Translations under genes and position numbers: made by a program | In this document: positions 60,360 through 64,000 of the stretch, one piece after another | Position numbering within the stretch: the stretch's first letter is position 1 | Layout: each line of letters starts with the position of its first letter | Assembly (NCBI GenBank): GCA_963710605.1 | Contig: CAVQBA010000006.1 | Location: 320,001-384,000 of the forward strand | DNA: 64,000 bases | Source: an uncultured cyanobacterium | GTDB lineage: Bacteria > Cyanobacteriota > Cyanobacteriia > Cyanobacteriales > Cyanobacteriaceae | Reading direction: 5' to 3' | Notes under the pieces: model-generated | Database searches by the model: none | The model's input: only the letters and a program-made list of their open reading frames with translations | What the model was told of the DNA's origin: nothing

Positions 60360-62228
60360 CTAATTGTCAATACTAAAATCAGTTTCTTGTAAAGTGCTTT
60401 CTAAGTTTAAAGAAGAAGGATATAATCTTTCATTCCATTGTTGAATACGGTTTTGAGCTCGACTATAAGCTGAATTACCTCGAGGAATCATCCCAGCGAT
60501 CGAAATTGCTTTTTCTAGATCAGAGAGATTATAAGTATCAGCCATTCTTTGTGCCATATTGAGCATTTGTTCTGACCATAAATTAATCGCCTGACGACTT
60601 TGAAAACCAGCGGAGGAAGTAGGAGAGATACTTCTAGCAATATTAATCGCTCTTAACAAGGATTGTTCATTGTTGTTTCTGGCGATTTCATAAGCATTAT
60701 CTAAACTTTGTTGGGCATTAATTTCAGTTTGCCATTTACGAATATTAGTTTGTGCTTCACCATATAATGATCTACCTCTGGTGATATTACGTGCAGTATT
60801 AATCGCTTCTTGATATTGATTACTATTACTTAAAGCGATCGCTCTTTGTAGTACAGGACGATCTTGAGCTGACTCTATATTACCTCGCCATTGAGCTGTT
60901 AAACTACGAGCTTCAGAAGCTAAAGCACGATCGCCATTTATTTGACTTATTTGATTAATAGCACTTTGCCAACCTTGAACAGTATTATTACGAGCAAAAT
61001 CTTTAGCTTGATTAATGATGGGGCGATCTTCGATTACTTGTATTTCTCGACGCCAAGTTCTAATTTCTCTTTGGGCATCAGAATGAAGAGTGTTACCTTG
61101 TCTGACTAATTGAGCTTTAGTAATAGCACTACTTAAATCAGTAACAGTACCACTTTTAGCTAAATTTCGGGCATTAACTAAATGACTTAAATCTTCTTTT
61201 TGTCTTGACCAACCTTTAATCAAATCTTGAGTTTGAGCATATATTTTACTTTCACTAGGAATTTGTTCGGCTTCTGTTATCGCTAATTCGACTCCAGAAA
61301 TAGTTCCTAATTGAACATTTTTACCAGCACGAGCTAATGTATTCCAATCAACCGCTTGAGTTGTTAATCGGCTAGTGGTTGAAATTTGATTTGATAATCG
61401 AGCTAAATCTGACCAGTTTTTTTTCTTCAGTAGATTTGTCGCAATTTTAAGTAAATCGTTTTCCGCATCGGTGATTAAAGCTTGTGCTTCATCATAAGAA
61501 TAACTATTTTTAGGAATTTGATTGGCTACTTCGATCGTTTTGAGTAGATTATCAATTCCTCCACCTCTAATACTGGTATAAGCGTCATCTAATTTTTTAT
61601 TTTCTTCTTTAGCGACATTGATTATTTCTACCATCTGTGGATAACGAACGTTTTTCCAGTAATCGTTACTCATATTAAGAAAATCAACAGCAACAATAAA
61701 AGCTGAATTCCATTGACCTTTTCTCAGATTGGCTTTAACTTCTTCTTCTATATTTTTACCTTTTTCCCATGTAAAACGCCAAAGATTAATTTGGTTTTCG
61801 ATAATCTTTTTATTTTCAGCATTTTGAGGAATTTTATTCGCAGTAGCGATCGCTTTTTCTAGCTTACCTTTATTCAAATCTTTTTCAGCTAAGGTTAAAA
61901 TATCATTAGACCACTCATTAATATGACGATTGAGTTCATGACTTAAAGGATGATCAGCTGGTAAAGCTTCTAATAAACCGATCGCCGCTAATAAATCTTC
62001 AACAGTATTTTCCTCAGCTCTCAATTGAGCACAATAAATACGATTAGTTGCGGATGTAAACCACAAAGAAAGATTATGGCAACTTGCGTTATCAGGTAAA
62101 TTTAGTAATGCTTTGGTGGCGGCAAAACCAACAAACCCGAACGAAATAGCTAAGGTAAGACTTAACAACTGCCATGAAGTTTTCCAATTATGGTTATCAA
62201 CTTTGGTAATCATATACTTATTAATCAA
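60360..62228 (-). CDS. Membrane-anchored alpha-helical repeat protein
   Basis: N-terminal TM, C..RIYCAQ, repeated L..AI..A..IP......AQ..I..W units. Confidence 0.75.
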   Translation of the reverse strand: MINKYMITKVDNHNWKTSWQLLSLTLAISFGFVGFAATKALLNLPDNASCHNLSLWFTSATNRIYCAQLRAEENTVEDLLAAIGLLEALPADHPLSHELNRHINEWSNDILTLAEKDLNKGKLEKAIATANKIPQNAENKKIIENQINLWRFTWEKGKNIEEEVKANLRKGQWNSAFIVAVDFLNMSNDYWKNVRYPQMVEIINVAKEENKKLDDAYTSIRGGGIDNLLKTIEVANQIPKNSYSYDEAQALITDAENDLLKIATNLLKKKNWSDLARLSNQISTTSRLTTQAVDWNTLARAGKNVQLGTISGVELAITEAEQIPSESKIYAQTQDLIKGWSRQKEDLSHLVNARNLAKSGTVTDLSSAITKAQLVRQGNTLHSDAQREIRTWRREIQVIEDRPIINQAKDFARNNTVQGWQSAINQISQINGDRALASEARSLTAQWRGNIESAQDRPVLQRAIALSNSNQYQEAINTARNITRGRSLYGEAQTNIRKWQTEINAQQSLDNAYEIARNNNEQSLLRAINIARSISPTSSAGFQSRQAINLWSEQMLNMAQRMADTYNLSDLEKAISIAGMIPRGNSAYSRAQNRIQQWNERLYPSSLNLESTLQETDFSIDN

Positions 62229-62421
62229 TCCTCTATTACAATTTGATCATTAAGAAAAATATTTATATTTTAATCAATTCTCGAAAAACTATTATTATAC
62301 TCTAACAAAAAAATTTTAGTCTAAATTTTCTCTGGGGGTATCTTAACACGAACTTTAAATGTTGAAATTAAAAAAAGTAATTTAAACATTTAACCTGAAA
62401 TTTAATACACGATCTAAAATT

Positions 62422-62817
62422 ATGAATGAAAATACATTACTTGAATCAGTTAAAAAATTAGGATTATCTTCAATTGAGCGTCACATTTTTTTATGTTGTG
62501 ACCAAACTAAACCTAAATGTTGTTCAAAAGAAGATAGCTTAGAATCTTGGCAGTATTTGAAAGATAGACTTAAACAGCTAAAATTAGATCAACCAACTGA
62601 AGAAAACAACATTTGTATATTTCGGACAAAAACTAATTGTTTGAGAGTTTGTCAACAAGGTCCTATTTTATTAGTTTATCCTGATGGTACATGGTATCGT
62701 CAAGCTACACCAGAGGTAATTGAATTGATTATTCAACAGCATTTGCTTAACAACAAAATCGTTGAAGAATACGTTTTTCATCAACAACCACTACCTTTTA
62801 AAAATTTACCTAATTGA
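62422..62817 (+). CDS. Thioredoxin-like [2Fe-2S] ferredoxin
   Basis: HIFLC...CC and CLRVC..GP..LVYPDG.WY motifs. Confidence 0.88.
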   Translation: MNENTLLESVKKLGLSSIERHIFLCCDQTKPKCCSKEDSLESWQYLKDRLKQLKLDQPTEENNICIFRTKTNCLRVCQQGPILLVYPDGTWYRQATPEVIELIIQQHLLNNKIVEEYVFHQQPLPFKNLPN

Positions 62818-62948
62818 GAAAGTTAAAATCAAAATATTTTTTTGACTGATTTTAATCAAATTAATCAATTTCGGACTGATTAACAGTCTTTCGCCAAATC
62901 ACAAGTAAAATAACTAAACCTAATTCTAGATCGTTAATATTAAAAATA

Positions 62949-63587
62949 ATGAGTAATACAGAAACTAAAAAACTACTATTGATAGATGATGACCCCAATT
63001 TGATTTTATTAGTCAAAGATTATCTCGAATTTAACGGTTATGAGGTAATAACTGCGAGTCACGGTAGAGAAGGAATAAAAATATTAGAAACAGAAACTCC
63101 TGATTTAATCATTTGTGATGTGATGATGCCAGAAATGGATGGCTATGCTTTTATTCAACAAATTAGAAAAAATCCTCGTTTAGATTGGTTACCTGTAATA
63201 TTTTTGTCTGCTAAAGGGCAAAGTCAAGATCGAATTAAAGGTTTAAGTCAAGGTGCTGATGTATATATGGTAAAGCCTTTTGAGCCTGATGAATTAGTTG
63301 CTCAAGTTCAATCTACTATTAATCAAAGTAGTCGTTTGATGGGTAGCAATAATAAAAAAGTCGATAATTCTTCACGGATACAAGTTCCTGTTAGTGTAGG
63401 ACTAACTCCTACTGAGAAAAAAGTAGTTGATTTAGTTGCTCAAGGAATGTCTAACAAAGATATTTCGATACAGTTAAGTGTTAGTCAAAGAACGATTGAA
63501 AGTCATGTCTCGAATATGCTGAACAAAACAGGTTTACATAATCGTACTGAATTATCTCGTTGGGCAATTCAAAACGAACTTGTGTGA
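62949..63587 (+). CDS. NarL/LuxR-family response regulator
   Basis: Receiver (LIDDD, CDVMMP, KPF) plus LuxR HTH (LTPTE..V..LVAQG.SNK...RTIESHVSN). Confidence 0.92.
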   Translation: MSNTETKKLLLIDDDPNLILLVKDYLEFNGYEVITASHGREGIKILETETPDLIICDVMMPEMDGYAFIQQIRKNPRLDWLPVIFLSAKGQSQDRIKGLSQGADVYMVKPFEPDELVAQVQSTINQSSRLMGSNNKKVDNSSRIQVPVSVGLTPTEKKVVDLVAQGMSNKDISIQLSVSQRTIESHVSNMLNKTGLHNRTELSRWAIQNELV

Positions 63588-63658
63588 TAACCAACTAACG
63601 CAGAAGATAAATAATAAGTAGATATATTAGCTAATTTAAAAATATTTTTGATTAAAGA

Positions 63659-64000
63659 ATGCATAAAATACCCGTTACTGTAATTACAGGCTTTTTAGGA
63701 GCTGGTAAAACAACTTTGTTACGTCATTTACTCCAAAACAATCAAGGCAAAAAAATTGCTGTTTTAGTCAATGAATTTGGCGAAGTTGGTATTGATGGTG
63801 AGTTATTACGTGATTGTCAGGTTTGTGAGGATGAAAATGAACCAACAGACCAAAATATCATTGAATTAACTAATGGTTGCCTCTGCTGTACAGTACAAGA
63901 AGAATTTTACCCAACGATGCAGGAGTTATTATCTCGCTCGGAAGATATCGATGCGATCGTCATAGAAACTTCAGGACTTGCTTTACCTAAACCATTAATA
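63659..64000 (+). CDS. cobW: Cobalamin biosynthesis GTPase CobW (partial, runs off window end)
   Basis: MHKIPVTVITGFLGAGKTTL, VNEFGEVGIDG, GCLCCTVQEEF and IETSGLALPKP motifs. Confidence 0.88.
   Translation, partial: MHKIPVTVITGFLGAGKTTLLRHLLQNNQGKKIAVLVNEFGEVGIDGELLRDCQVCEDENEPTDQNIIELTNGCLCCTVQEEFYPTMQELLSRSEDIDAIVIETSGLALPKPLI

Noticed and set aside
1..64000. tRNA, rRNA, riboswitch or CRISPR-cas locus
   Set aside because: No cloverleaf, rRNA-like sequence, recognisable riboswitch or repeat-spacer array seen by eye; a tRNAscan/Rfam run would be needed to exclude small RNAs

Overview
AT-rich cyanobacterial chromosome segment. HIP1 GCGATCGC/CGATCG sites are abundant and rpaA, sqdX, glgA and a CAAD-bearing ValRS are present; by inference it is a unicellular Cyanobacterium/Geminocystis-like organism. 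Housekeeping genes (thiD end, aat, trmB, GH57, glgA, lpxC, sqdX, GH116, menB, cobA, valS, rpaA, cobW start) are interspersed with five accessory features. (i) Two tandem pstS genes with no pstCAB nearby, each with a Pho box, lie directly upstream of a complete PatA-CheY-CheW-MCP-CheA chemosensory cluster. (ii) A SNF2-helicase/SWIM gene pair is split by a putative HEPN+LOTUS gene, three toxin-antitoxin modules and a duplicated SWIM fragment. (iii) A 2491-nt group II intron is inserted in phase 0 in a WD40 gene. (iv) A tnpA-less IS200/IS605 tnpB element has ends, TAM (TTTAA) and empty site that can be reconstructed. (v) There are many REP-like and MITE-like repeats, including nested GC-rich hairpin modules with covarying stems. 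Several genes are disrupted by a nonsense codon, frameshift or insertion. No CRISPR array, tRNA or rRNA was seen. All family calls come from recognising motifs by eye; no database search was run.
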